Assembly (NCBI GenBank): GCA_033853925.1
Contig: JAWOLC010000001.1
Span: 4,658-68,657 of the forward strand
Direction of reading: 5' to 3'
DNA: 64,000 bases
DNA from: Candidatus Eiseniibacteriota bacterium
GTDB taxonomy: Bacteria; Eisenbacteria; RBG-16-71-46
Positions within the stretch are counted from its first letter, which is position 1, and every line of letters begins with the position of its first letter. Under the pieces are notes generated by a model, which did not search any database, was not told where the DNA came from, and was given only the letters and a program-made list of their open reading frames with translations. Positions 38,908 to 49,600 of the stretch are shown in pieces. Made by a program: the position numbers and the translations under genes.

Positions 38908-41552
38908 TGGACGGGCCCACGGGTGACCCCTTCGTGGGGTCGAGGATCGCGCACTACCAGATCCTCGCGAAGCTGGGCGAGGGTGGGATGGGCGTCGTCT
39001 ATCGCGCCCGCGATACCCGCCTGAACCGCGAGGTCGCGCTCAAGCTCCTCCCACCCGAGGCGGTGGACGACCCCGGGGCACGGGCGCGCCTGCTGCGCGA
39101 GGCGCGCACGGCCTCGCGCCTCAACCACCCGCACATCTGCACGATCCACGAGGTGGGGCAGGTGGGCGACCTGGTGTACGTGACCATGGAATTCGTCGAG
39201 GGCCGACCCCTGACGGCCCTGATTCCCGCGGGTGGCATGGCGGAGGAGTCCGTGGTCCGCTACGGGGCGCAGATCGCGCGCGCGCTGGCGCACGCTCACG
39301 AGCACGGGGTGGTGCACCGCGACCTGAAGACGGCGAACGTCGTGGTCGGAGCCGGCGGTCAGACCAAGCTCCTGGACTTCGGCCTGTCGCGTCAGATCCT
39401 GGACGCGGCGGGGCCCTCGGGGCCCGGGGCGAGCGCCCCCAGCACCACCGGCGCGATCGTGGGCACACCTCAGTACATCGCCCCCGAAGTGCTGATGGGG
39501 GCCGCGGCCGACGCCCGCAGCGACATCTGGGCGCTGGGCGTCGTGCTCTACGAGATGGGCACGGGCCGGCCGCCCTTCGGCGCAGGCGGCGTGCCGGGGG
39601 TCGTGACCGCGATCCTCCACTCCACGCCCGCACCCCTGCCCGACCGCCTGTCCGGGGGGCTGCGCTCGGTGGTGATGCGCTGCCTGGCGAAGGATCCGGA
39701 GCAGCGCTACCAGCGGGCGGGGGAGGTGGCCGCAGGGCTCGAGGCGCTGTCGCCCGAGGCCGTGAGCGGAGGTGTCGGGCGGCGGGGCGGGCGCGGCCCT
39801 CGCTGGATGCGACGGCGCTGGCGGCTGGCGGCGGTCGCCGCGCTGCTCCTCGCCTTCGCGGCCGGCGCTTGGTGGCGCGGCTGTGGCCCGGGGTCGGGAG
39901 CGGACGCGACGGCTTCGGGCACCATCCTCATCCTGCCCCTCGAGGTGCGCGGCCAGATCCAGGGGGCCGCCTTCGCGGGCCGCGCCTTCGCCGAGGCCCT
40001 GGCGGTGAATCTCGCGCAGAGGAAGGGCGTGCGCGTCATGCCGGTGCCCTCGTCCGCGGAGCTGCCGGGCGCGGCGACGATCGGCCCGGCTCGGGCCGCC
40101 TTCCTGAGTGGAGCCTCCCGCTTGATCGTGGGCGCGCTCACGCGTGACGGGGACTCCCTGCGGGCGAGCGTGAGCCTCATCGACACGCAGGCGAACCAGG
40201 TCCTCTGGGGAGAGCAGCGGGCGGGAAGCGGCGGAGACCTGTCCATGCTGGCTGCCTCTCTCGCGCTGGGGATCGCGGATCGTCTCGGCGCGCAGCCCGC
40301 GAGGCGGTACGACTATGTCCTCTACGTCTCCGGCCCCCCGGAAATGGCCAACTCGCCCGAGATGGCCGAGGCGCTGGGCGCGGTGCGACGCTACGAGCTG
40401 CCGCAGTCGCTCGAGGCCACGCAGCGACTGGTGGAGCGCTTTCCGCGCGAGCCCGAGGCGCACCTCCTGCGGGCGGTGGCCCTGTGGATCGACCTCGTGG
40501 CAGCCGGCCCCGACTCCGCCCGCAGCCAGGCGATGGCGAGCGAGCTGGTCGTGCTCCACCGCCTGGACCGGCGGAACCCCTGGAACGAGGTCGGCCGGGC
40601 CGTGCTCCTGCCTCGCGGTCCTCAGGCCATGCGCCTCCTCGACCAGGTGCTGGCGCGGAACGACCTCACTCCGGCCGCGCGCGGAGCGGTGCTGGCCATG
40701 CGCTCGGACGCCTTCGCCGCCGCCAGCGACACGGCGCGCGCCCTGGCCGACGCGGAGCAGGCCGTCCGCCTCGATCCGGCGAGCGATCTGTCCCTGTCGA
40801 CGCTGGCGCGTCACCTGGCCGAGGCGGGCCGCTACGAGGAGGCCGCAGCCCGAGTGCGCCAGGCGCTGGCCCTGAACCCGACGGTGGTGAACTACTGGCT
40901 TCAGCTCGGCAATTGCATGCTGAAACAGGGCCGCTGGGAGGACTACGTCACCGACCTGGAACGCGCGGCCGCCCTCAGCCCGAGCGCCGACGCGATTCTC
41001 TCGGCTCAGAGCAACGGCCTGAGCTGCGTCGGACGCTATCGCGAGGCCGCAGACTGCGCCCGGCGCGCCGCGCGCCTCGAGCCCGGACGCTGGGAGTACG
41101 GTTTCCAGCTGGGCCTCTCGCTCATGCGGCTCGGCCAATGGCAGGAGGCGTCCGCCCTCCTCGAGCGCGGCTGCCGCGAGGGCCACCGGGCCGTCTGCCC
41201 CCTGCGTGCCGCCGCTCTCGCGGTCACGCTCCTTCGCGCCGGCGACGAAGCCCGGGCCCAGGAGCAGGCGCGGCGAGCGGAGGCGATGACCGCGTCCGGA
41301 GCGGCGCCCGCCGTGCCCGAGAGCAAGTCCGGCGACTATGCGCTGGCCTGCTATCACGCGCTGCGCGGCGACCGCGACGAAGCCATTCGCCTGCTCGAAC
41401 GTCTCCCGGCCCGGGGTTGGGTGGAGCCTGCTCTCGATCGGGATCCGAACCTGATCTCCCTTCGCCGGGACCCTCGATTCCGGCGCGTCGTCGCGTGGAT
41501 GCGCGCTCAGCCCATCGATCGGGTCTTCCGGGACTGGGGTCGGTCGCTCTGA
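38904..41552 (+). CDS. Serine/threonine protein kinase with C-terminal TPR-repeat region
   Basis: YQILAKLGEGGMGVVYRARD...VALK (ATP site), HRDLKTANVV (catalytic loop) and DFG. A TM segment LAAVAALLLAFAAGAWW is followed by a TPR-like C-terminal region. The start overlaps the activator gene's stop (ATGA). Confidence 0.85.
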   Translation: MMDGPTGDPFVGSRIAHYQILAKLGEGGMGVVYRARDTRLNREVALKLLPPEAVDDPGARARLLREARTASRLNHPHICTIHEVGQVGDLVYVTMEFVEGRPLTALIPAGGMAEESVVRYGAQIARALAHAHEHGVVHRDLKTANVVVGAGGQTKLLDFGLSRQILDAAGPSGPGASAPSTTGAIVGTPQYIAPEVLMGAAADARSDIWALGVVLYEMGTGRPPFGAGGVPGVVTAILHSTPAPLPDRLSGGLRSVVMRCLAKDPEQRYQRAGEVAAGLEALSPEAVSGGVGRRGGRGPRWMRRRWRLAAVAALLLAFAAGAWWRGCGPGSGADATASGTILILPLEVRGQIQGAAFAGRAFAEALAVNLAQRKGVRVMPVPSSAELPGAATIGPARAAFLSGASRLIVGALTRDGDSLRASVSLIDTQANQVLWGEQRAGSGGDLSMLAASLALGIADRLGAQPARRYDYVLYVSGPPEMANSPEMAEALGAVRRYELPQSLEATQRLVERFPREPEAHLLRAVALWIDLVAAGPDSARSQAMASELVVLHRLDRRNPWNEVGRAVLLPRGPQAMRLLDQVLARNDLTPAARGAVLAMRSDAFAAASDTARALADAEQAVRLDPASDLSLSTLARHLAEAGRYEEAAARVRQALALNPTVVNYWLQLGNCMLKQGRWEDYVTDLERAAALSPSADAILSAQSNGLSCVGRYREAADCARRAARLEPGRWEYGFQLGLSLMRLGQWQEASALLERGCREGHRAVCPLRAAALAVTLLRAGDEARAQEQARRAEAMTASGAAPAVPESKSGDYALACYHALRGDRDEAIRLLERLPARGWVEPALDRDPNLISLRRDPRFRRVVAWMRAQPIDRVFRDWGRSL

Positions 41553-41877
41553 GCCCGGGCCCCGTCGGCCCTCCCTGGAGCCCGCCGGTCCGGACGCTCT
41601 CGTCTCCTGGAGCGTGCGGCGCGCTCCAGGACCGTGGAGCCGCGGAGGCGCGGCTTCGCCGCGGGCGACACTGGCCGCGATGTCGCGCCTGCCTCCCCGA
41701 CTCGCCTCCTGCCAATGTCTTGGCCCGCCACCCCACGACCTCGCGCCGGCCCCGTCGGGGCCGGGCATGGCCGATGCTCTTGCGTCTCGCGACCATGGCG
41801 CCGCGGCGGGCAGCCGCTCCCGAGACGCGGGAGTGCCCGGCCCGGCCGTGGCGCCGCTCGCCCGTAGGGAGGTCGTC

Positions 41878-42444
41878 ATGCGAACCGCGGGGATTCGCGC
41901 CCTCGCGCTCGGACTGTTGCTGGCCGCCGCCGGCGGTCCAGCGCGCGCCGAGGGAACCGTCTACACCTTGGGCTCCTCGCTGGGACTCGACGTGTACCAC
42001 CAGGAGTACGGCTCGTACTGCGTCCTCTCGACCACTCCGGGCTCGCCCCTGCTCTTCCCGGCGGAGCCCGGGCTGCGCCTGGGGATGGTCCTGCCCGGGG
42101 AGCGGGCCGAGTTCGCGGTGCTGATGGGGATGACCGTGATCTCCACCGGGGAAGAGGCCGTCTCGGCCCTGGGCTGCACGCTGGAGGGCAACTACGCCTT
42201 CGCCGGCGACCGGGAGGTCCGTCCCTACCTGGGCGTCCACGCGGGCATCGCCCGCTCCGGCCTCTCCTCGGGCGAAGGCACGGGCCTCACGAACGTCGGC
42301 GCCCAGATCGGTGTCCGCCGGATGGTCTCGGGAGGGCATGGCGCCGTGCGCCTGGAGCTGCGCGGCAGCGCCCTCGGAGGAGACGCGGGCACGGGCATGA
42401 CCGATCTCGGGGTGCGCGTGGGTTATGATCTCTGGTTCCGTTGA
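41878..42444 (+). CDS. Hypothetical secreted protein (beta-rich, possible small outer-membrane protein)
   Basis: ATG at 41878 follows the RBS GGGAGG. Signal peptide MRTAGIRALALGLLLAAAGGPARA. The C-terminal residue is aromatic (F in WFR). Confidence 0.5.
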   Translation: MRTAGIRALALGLLLAAAGGPARAEGTVYTLGSSLGLDVYHQEYGSYCVLSTTPGSPLLFPAEPGLRLGMVLPGERAEFAVLMGMTVISTGEEAVSALGCTLEGNYAFAGDREVRPYLGVHAGIARSGLSSGEGTGLTNVGAQIGVRRMVSGGHGAVRLELRGSALGGDAGTGMTDLGVRVGYDLWFR

Positions 42445-42534
42445 GGGGATCGTCCGGGCCAGTCGGGGCGAGAGCCTCGCCTCGCCGCCCAGGAGCCAGG
42501 TGCGGGTCGTCTGCGATCAGGAAGGAGGCGTCCC

Positions 42535-43374
42535 ATGAGCCGTCACCTCGTCCGTCTCGTCCTGCTCCTCTGCCTCACCCTCTCCTCCTCCGGCTGCGCC
42601 GTGATGATGCTGGGCACGGGTCACGAGGGTGGCTCCGCATCGCTCGGCGACGCCGCCGCGCAGGTTCACCCGGACTCGACGACGAGAACGAAGGACCAGC
42701 CGCTCGACGTCGGCTATACCGTGCCCCCGTCCGCGTCGGCCGTCGTCGAGGAGGTCCCCGAAACCCCGGAGGCGGCCAGCCTCGCGCCCGAGGACGAGCC
42801 CACGAAGGCCGCGAAGCGGCCCGACGGGCACTTCCTGGCCGGCGTGCTGGGCGGCGGCGGCGCCTTCGGCGGGCAGGACTACGACGGCTTCAGCACGGCT
42901 GGCCTGGCCATCGGTGGCTATCCCGCGCCGCAGTGGCGCATCGACCTCGCGGGCACCTACGACGACATCAAGTTCAAGGGCGAGGGCCTCCTCGACCAGG
43001 CGTTCCAGGATGCCTTCGATCTGAACCTCGACCTCACGGTGCGTTACTACCTCACGAAGGACCAGACCTTCATGGGCGTATATCCCCTGGCGGGGCTGGG
43101 GACCGGGACGCTGTTCTGGGACTACGGCCGGCCGGTCACGGTGATGGAGGACGGGGCGCCGAAGACGCTGGATGGAGACCGGCTGAATCACTTCTCGTTC
43201 TTCGGCGGCGCCGGCATCTCCCTTCTGCAGACCCGCTACCTTCACCTGGGCGGCAACCTGACGGGCGGCGTGCGCATCTACGGGTGGCATACCGGGAGCG
43301 GCCTCAAGAACGATCTCTTGAAGCCCACGGGGTTCGCGAGGCTGATGATCGAGGCGAGCTACAAGGTGTTCTGA
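42535..43374 (+). CDS. Hypothetical lipoprotein (possible outer-membrane beta-barrel; C-terminal F)
   Basis: Lipobox LTLSSSGC. A Pro/Glu-rich linker is followed by alternating hydrophobic strands, ending ...MIEASYKVF. Confidence 0.5.
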   Translation: MSRHLVRLVLLLCLTLSSSGCAVMMLGTGHEGGSASLGDAAAQVHPDSTTRTKDQPLDVGYTVPPSASAVVEEVPETPEAASLAPEDEPTKAAKRPDGHFLAGVLGGGGAFGGQDYDGFSTAGLAIGGYPAPQWRIDLAGTYDDIKFKGEGLLDQAFQDAFDLNLDLTVRYYLTKDQTFMGVYPLAGLGTGTLFWDYGRPVTVMEDGAPKTLDGDRLNHFSFFGGAGISLLQTRYLHLGGNLTGGVRIYGWHTGSGLKNDLLKPTGFARLMIEASYKVF

Positions 43375-43454
43375 GCGGGAAGCCGCGGCGCCCGTCCGCG
43401 CTCCCGGCCAGACGCCGGGAGTGCAAGGTTGGGCTCACGAGAGGGGAGAAGCGG

Positions 43455-44408
43455 ATGAGCGAGGCTCGTCCCTCGCACGTCATCCTCGGCGCAGGCGGGG
43501 CCATCGGCACGCCGCTGGCGGCCGCGCTGCTCGAGCGCGGGGCGCGGCTGCGCACGGTCTCGCGCACGGGCCACGGCCCGGCAGGGGCGGAGGCGGTGCG
43601 CGCCGACCTCATGCGCGCCGAGGACGTCCGGCGCGTGGTCGAGGAGGGCGCCACGGTCTTCCTCCTCGCCGGCCTCGCCTACGACCGGCGCGTGTGGCGC
43701 GCGCAGTGGCCCCCCATCATGCGCAACGTCGTCGCCGCCTGCGCGGCGAAGGCGGCTCGGCTGATCTTCTTCGACAACGTGTACCTCTACGGTCGAGTCG
43801 AGGGCCCGATGACCGAGGACACCCCGGTCCGCCCGACGAGCCGGAAGGGCGAGGTCCGCGCGGAGATCGCGAGCTACCTCGGCGGCGAGATCGCCGCCGG
43901 CCACCTCACGGCCGCCGTCGCGCGGGCGGCCGACTTCTACGGTCCGCACGCCGAGAAGAACGGGCTGCCTTCGCTCCTCGTCTTCCAGAGGCTCGCCGCC
44001 GGCCAGCCGGCGCGGGTGTTCGTGAGCGCGGACACCAGGCACTCGTACACCTACACGCGCGACTGCGCCCGGGCTCTCTGCCTCCTCGCCGACGCGCCCG
44101 ACGCGTTCGGCCGGGTCTGGCATCTGCCCACGGCGCGGCCCGCGCTCACCAGCCGGCGCTTCGTCGAGCTGGCGGCCGAGGCGCTCGGGGTTCCGCCCCG
44201 GCTCGGCGTCACGCCGCGGTGGCTGATCGAGGCCGGCGGGATCTTCAGCACGCTGCTGCGCGAGGTGGGCGAGATGCTGTACCAGAACGAGCGGGACTAC
44301 GTCTTCGACTCCAGCCGCTTCGAGGCGCGCTTCGCCTTCGCGCCGACCCCGTACGAGGAGGGCATCCGCGAGACCGTCGCGTGGATGCGCCGCGGGCAGA
44401 CAGCCTAG
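43455..44408 (+). CDS. NAD(P)-dependent epimerase/dehydratase family protein (extended SDR)
   Basis: Rossmann motif VILGAGGAIGTPLAAALLERG; the YxxxK region is within the NAD-dependent epimerase fold. Confidence 0.65.
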   Translation: MSEARPSHVILGAGGAIGTPLAAALLERGARLRTVSRTGHGPAGAEAVRADLMRAEDVRRVVEEGATVFLLAGLAYDRRVWRAQWPPIMRNVVAACAAKAARLIFFDNVYLYGRVEGPMTEDTPVRPTSRKGEVRAEIASYLGGEIAAGHLTAAVARAADFYGPHAEKNGLPSLLVFQRLAAGQPARVFVSADTRHSYTYTRDCARALCLLADAPDAFGRVWHLPTARPALTSRRFVELAAEALGVPPRLGVTPRWLIEAGGIFSTLLREVGEMLYQNERDYVFDSSRFEARFAFAPTPYEEGIRETVAWMRRGQTA

Positions 44409-45211
44409 CCAGCGGCCCGACCCCCGCTCGGCGCGCGGGGAGCGTGCGCGGCGAAGATCCCGTACGGATCGTGGTGGAAGTGGAAGACCTTCGCGACCTG
44501 GATCTCCAGGGGGCGCACCCACGGGGCATGGCGCAGGGCCACGGCGCCCAGCGCGCCCAGCGCCGGACCCACGAAGTAGATCCACCAGCCGCCGAGCGCG
44601 CCCGCCACGAGCGCCGGCCCCAGGCTGCGAGCGGGGTTCGTGCTGGTGCCCGAGAGCGGTGCCTCGAGCCAGACCATCAGGGCGTAGAGCGGCGGAAACA
44701 GAGCCGGCGCGAGCCCGCGCAGGCGAGGACGGCAGAGGACGGCGAAGAGCGCCGCGATCAGGCAGAACGTCGTCGCCACCTCTCCGGCCAACGCGGCCCA
44801 GACCCCGTTCGGCCCGGGCACCGTGGCGCCGTACGCGACACTCGCTCCCGCCCCACCCCAGAGTCGCAGCGGCAGCGCCCCGATCACGCCCCCGGCGAGC
44901 TGCGCCACGACGTACCCGAGGGCCAGAGACGAGGCCATTCGCCGCTCGAGCCAGAAGGCGAGGGTGACCACGGGATTGATGTGCGCACCGCTCGTCCTGC
45001 CGACCGGCGAGATGGCGATCAGCGCGCCCACGGAGCCGAAGAGCAAGCCGGTGAGCGCCCGCCGGGCCGCCGCCTCCGGCAACCCGGCCACGACGGGGCT
45101 GCTCGGCGCGAAATCGATGACCACGAGCGAGCCGCCCGCCGCCACCAGCGCCGCAGTTCCGATCAGCTCGGAGGCCCAGAGCCGCCAGGCATTCGCGTTG
45201 GGTGCCTTCAT
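44405..45211 (-). CDS. Aquaporin / MIP-family channel
   Basis: Two half-helix motifs, SGAHINPVVT and GTSTNPARSLGPA (NPA-type boxes), within six hydrophobic segments. Convergent with the epimerase gene, overlapping it by 4 nt. Confidence 0.8.
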   Translation of the reverse strand: MKAPNANAWRLWASELIGTAALVAAGGSLVVIDFAPSSPVVAGLPEAAARRALTGLLFGSVGALIAISPVGRTSGAHINPVVTLAFWLERRMASSLALGYVVAQLAGGVIGALPLRLWGGAGASVAYGATVPGPNGVWAALAGEVATTFCLIAALFAVLCRPRLRGLAPALFPPLYALMVWLEAPLSGTSTNPARSLGPALVAGALGGWWIYFVGPALGALGAVALRHAPWVRPLEIQVAKVFHFHHDPYGIFAAHAPRAPSGGRAAG

Positions 45212-45513
45212 GGCGGACGCAACGCTAGCGAAGAGGGAGGACGAACGCCACTGCGCGGGCGACGAGCGCCCGCCTGCCTCGGCCCCGGCGCGAGCTCCGA
45301 CGGTCGCGGCGCACGAGACGCGGGCCGGCTTCCCCGCTTCGGCGCGAGGCGCCGGGAATCCGCCGCCCGCCGGACCGCATCCAACCCCGCATCACGCGGC
45401 AGCCACGGGCGTGCAGCCGAAGGCCGGGGGCGACGCCCCGCGGGGGCCCGGGAAGGCGCCGGGCCGCGAGATCCTCTCGGCCGCGGCAGTTCAGTCCCAG
45501 GAGCAACCGACCG

Positions 45514-46641
45514 ATGGTGAAGAAGCGCATGCTCCAGATGCTGGGCGGGGTCGTGCTATTCCTCGCCTTGATCGGCTTCGTCAAGTTCCAGCAAATCAAG
45601 ACGGCGATCGCCGCGGCCAAGTCGTTCCAGCCCCCGCCCGAGGCGGTCACGACCATCATCGCCCGCGTGCAGCCCTGGCAGGAGATGGTCGACGCGGTGG
45701 GCAGCGTGGCCCCGGTGGAGGGGGTCACGCTCAGCGTGGACCAGCCGGGAATCGTGGATCGGATCCTCTTCGAGTCCGGCGCGCGCGTGAAGGCCGGTCA
45801 GACGCTGGTGACCCTCGACACGCGGCAGGAGCAGGCGGAGATGGCCTCGGCCCAGGCGGCGCAGGAGCTGGCCCAGGTGAGCTTCGACCGCGCCAAGAGG
45901 CTGCTGGACCAGCAGCTCATCGCCCCCTCGGACTACGACCAGGCCGCGGCCCAGCTCAAGCAGTCGGTGGCGAACGTCAACCAGATGAAGGCGACCATCG
46001 ACAACAAGACGATCCGCGCGCCGTTCTCGGGCGTGGCCGGCATCCGCCAGGTGAACCTGGGACAGTACGTGCACAGCGGAGATCCCGTGGTTCCCTTGCA
46101 GTCCCTGAACCCGATCTACGTGAACTTCTCCGTGCCCCAGCAGCAGATCCAGCTGCTGCACGCGGGCGACACGGTCTGGGCCACGAGCGACACCTCGAGC
46201 GCCGAGAACGCCGGGCGCATCACCGCGATCAACCCCGAAGCCGACGACGCCACGCGCAACGTCCAGATCCAGGCGACCTTCCGCAACCCCGACGAGCGGC
46301 TGCGGCCCGGCATGTACGTGAGCGTCAAGGTCGGCCTCGGTAGCCGCGACCCGGTGATCGCGCTGCCGTCCTCGGCCATCAACTACGCGCCCTACGGGAA
46401 TTCCGTGTTCATCGTGGACAACCTGAAGGGACCGAACGGCCAGACGTACCGTGGCCTGCGCCAGCAGTTCGTCACGCTCGGCGCCTCTCGTGGCGACCAG
46501 GTCGCCGTGCTCCACGGGGTCAAGCCGGGCGAGGAGGTCGTGACCTCCGGCGTCTTCAAGCTGCGCGCCGGCGAGGCCGTGCTGGTGAACAACAAGGTCC
46601 AGCCCTCGGACAACCCGGCCCCCAAGCCGCCCGACAGCTGA
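45514..46641 (+). CDS. RND efflux periplasmic adaptor (membrane fusion protein)
   Basis: N-terminal anchor MLQMLGGVVLFLALIGFV. Coiled-coil, lipoyl and beta-barrel arrangement typical of HlyD/AcrA (..IRAPFSGVAGIRQVNLGQYV..). The stop overlaps the permease start. Confidence 0.85.
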   Translation: MVKKRMLQMLGGVVLFLALIGFVKFQQIKTAIAAAKSFQPPPEAVTTIIARVQPWQEMVDAVGSVAPVEGVTLSVDQPGIVDRILFESGARVKAGQTLVTLDTRQEQAEMASAQAAQELAQVSFDRAKRLLDQQLIAPSDYDQAAAQLKQSVANVNQMKATIDNKTIRAPFSGVAGIRQVNLGQYVHSGDPVVPLQSLNPIYVNFSVPQQQIQLLHAGDTVWATSDTSSAENAGRITAINPEADDATRNVQIQATFRNPDERLRPGMYVSVKVGLGSRDPVIALPSSAINYAPYGNSVFIVDNLKGPNGQTYRGLRQQFVTLGASRGDQVAVLHGVKPGEEVVTSGVFKLRAGEAVLVNNKVQPSDNPAPKPPDS

Positions 46642-49600
46642 TGCGCCTCACCGACCTCTTCATCCGCCGGCCGGTCCTGGCGATCGTCGTCAACCTGGTC
46701 ATCCTGATCGCCGGCCTGCAGTCCATCCGCTCGCTGAGCGTGCGCCAGTACCCGCGCACGGACATCGCCGTGGTCACGGTGTCCACCGTCTACGTGGGCG
46801 CCAGCGCGGACCTCGTGCGCGGCTTCATCACCTCGCCCCTCGAGCGGGTGATCGCCAGCGCCGACGGCATCGACTACATGGAGTCCACGAGCGCCGAGGG
46901 CCTCAGCACGATCACCGTGCACCTCAAGATCAACTACGACACGAATGCGGCGCTCACCCAGATCCAAGCCAAGGTCGCGCAGGTGCGGAACGACCTCCCG
47001 CCGGAGGCGGAGGCGCCCATCATCGAGGTGCAGACGCCCGACACCCAGCGGGCGGCGATGTACATCGGCTTCGCCTCGAAGGACCTGGGCCAGAACCAGA
47101 TCACCGACTACCTCACGCGCGTCGTGCAGCCCCGCTTGAGCGCGGTCAGCGGCGTGGAGCGGGCCGACATCCTGGGTGCCCGCACGTTCGCGATGCGCAT
47201 CTGGCTGAGACCCGACCGCATGGCCGCACGGGGCCTGGCCCCCTCCGACGTCTGGAACGCGCTGGCGCAGAACAACTACCTCTCCGCCCTCGGCAACACG
47301 AAGGGCTCCATGGTGTCCGTGAACCTGACCGCCAACACCGACCTGCGGACGCCCGAGGACTTCCGCCAGCTGGTCGTGAAGCAGGCGAACGGGCAGATCG
47401 TCCGCCTCGGCGACATCGCCGACGTCGAGCTGGGCGCGGAGAACTACGACGAGGACGTGCGCTTCAACGGCCAGGACGCCACCTTCATGGGCATCTGGGT
47501 GCTGCCCACGGCCAACACCCTCGAGGTGATCGGCAAGGTGCGCGAGGCCATGAAGGACGTGCAGGCCGAGCTGCCCGTGGGCATGACCGCCACGATCCCG
47601 TACGACTCCACGGTCTACATCCGCCAGGCGATCCACGAGGTGCTGAAGACGCTGAGCGAGACGCTGCTGATCGTCATCCTCATCATCTTCCTGTTCCTGG
47701 GCTCGGTGCGCGGCCTCATCATCCCCGTGGTCGCCATTCCCATCTCGCTCATCGGCGCTGTCTTCCTCATGCAGATCTCGGGCTTCACGATCAACCTGCT
47801 CACGCTGCTGGCCATCGTCCTCTCGGTGGGGCTCGTGGTGGACGACGCGATCGTCATGGTCGAGAACGTGGAGCGCCACGTGCACCTGGGCCAGCCTCCG
47901 CTGCAGGCGGCGATCGCGGCCGCGCGCGAGCTGATCGGGCCGATCATCGCCATGACCATCACGCTGGCCGCCGTCTACACGCCCATCGGCCTGCAGGGTG
48001 GGCTCACCGGGGCGCTCTTCCGCGAATTCGCCTTCACCCTGGCGGGGGCCGTGCTCGTGTCCGGCTTCGTGGCCATCACCCTGTCGCCGATGATGGGCTC
48101 GCGGCTGCTGCGCGCGGGCGACGACCAGCGGGGCTTCGCGGGCTTGATCAACCGCCGCTTCGAGAATGTCCGTCAGTGGTACATGAGCGCCCTCTCGTCC
48201 ACGCTGCAGTACCGCCCCGTGGTCTTCGCGCTCTGGGGGATCGTCTCCCTGCTCATGGTGCCCTTCTACATGTTCGTGCAGCGCGAGCTGGCGCCGCGCG
48301 AGGACCAGGGCGTGGTCTTCGCGGTGGTCCAGGCCCCGGCCAACGCCACCCTGGACCAGACCAAGCTGTTCGCCTCCCAGATCTACGGCATCTTCCACTC
48401 GATCCCCGAGACGCAGAACACCTTCCAGGCGACGCTGCCGAGCGGCGGCTTCGCGGGCCTCGTGGCGAAGCCGTGGGACGAGCGCAAGCTCAGCACGGAC
48501 AAGCTGCAGGTGCAGGTCAGCCGCGCCTTCGCGAAGATCCCCGGCATCCGCGCGATCGCCCTGGTGCCCCCCTCGCTCCCGGGAGGCGGCACGTACCCGG
48601 TGGACATGGCGATCATCTCCACCGCCGAGCCCGAGCAGCTCCTGGCCATCGCCAACCAGCTCGTGCAGAAGGCCTACGCGAGCGGCAAGTTCATGTTCGT
48701 GGACACCGACCTCAAGTTCGACCAGCCGCAGGCGGAGGTCGTCTTCGACCGCGACAAGGTGCGCTCGCTGGGCGTGGACCTGAGCCGGGCCGGCCTGGAC
48801 CTGTCCACGATGCTGGGCGGCAACTACGTCAACCGCTTCAGCATCCAGGGCGAGAGCTACAAGGTCATCCCGCAGGTCAAGCGCGTGGACCGCCTGACGG
48901 CGGATCAGCTGCAGTCCATGTACGTGAGCGGCGCCAACGGCACGCTCGTGCCGCTCTCCACCTTCGCCACGCTCAAGACCTCGACGCAGCCGCGCTCCCT
49001 GAACCGCTTCCAGCAGCTCAACGCCGTCCGCATCCAGGCCGTGATCCCGCCCAACGTCTCGCTCGACCAGGCGCTCACCTTCCTGGAGACGGAGGCGAGG
49101 AAGATCATGCCCCGCGGCTACTCGATCGACTACGCGGGCGAGTCCCGGCAGCTCCGCACCGAGAGCGGGAAGTTCCTGGGCATGTTCCTGCTCTCGGCGA
49201 TCCTCATCGGGCTCGTGCTGGCGGCCCAGTTCGAGAGCTTCCGCGACCCGTTCGTCATCATGACCGGCTCGGCGCCGCTGGCCATCTCGGGCGCGCTGCT
49301 CTTCATGTTCCTCGGCTTCACCTCGCTCAACATCTTCAGCGAGGTCGGGCTCATCACCCTGGTCGGGCTGGTGGCGAAGAACGGCATCCTCATCGTGCAG
49401 TTCGCGAACCACCTGCAGGAGACGGGACTCGACAAGACCCGGGCGGTGATCGAGGCGGCCGGCACCCGGCTGCGGCCCATCCTCATGACCACCGCGGCCA
49501 CCGTGTTCGGCCACCTGCCCTTGATCTTCGCCCGTGGCCCCGGAGCCGGCGCCCGCAACAGCATCGGCATCACCCTGGTGAGCGGCATGATCATCGGCTC

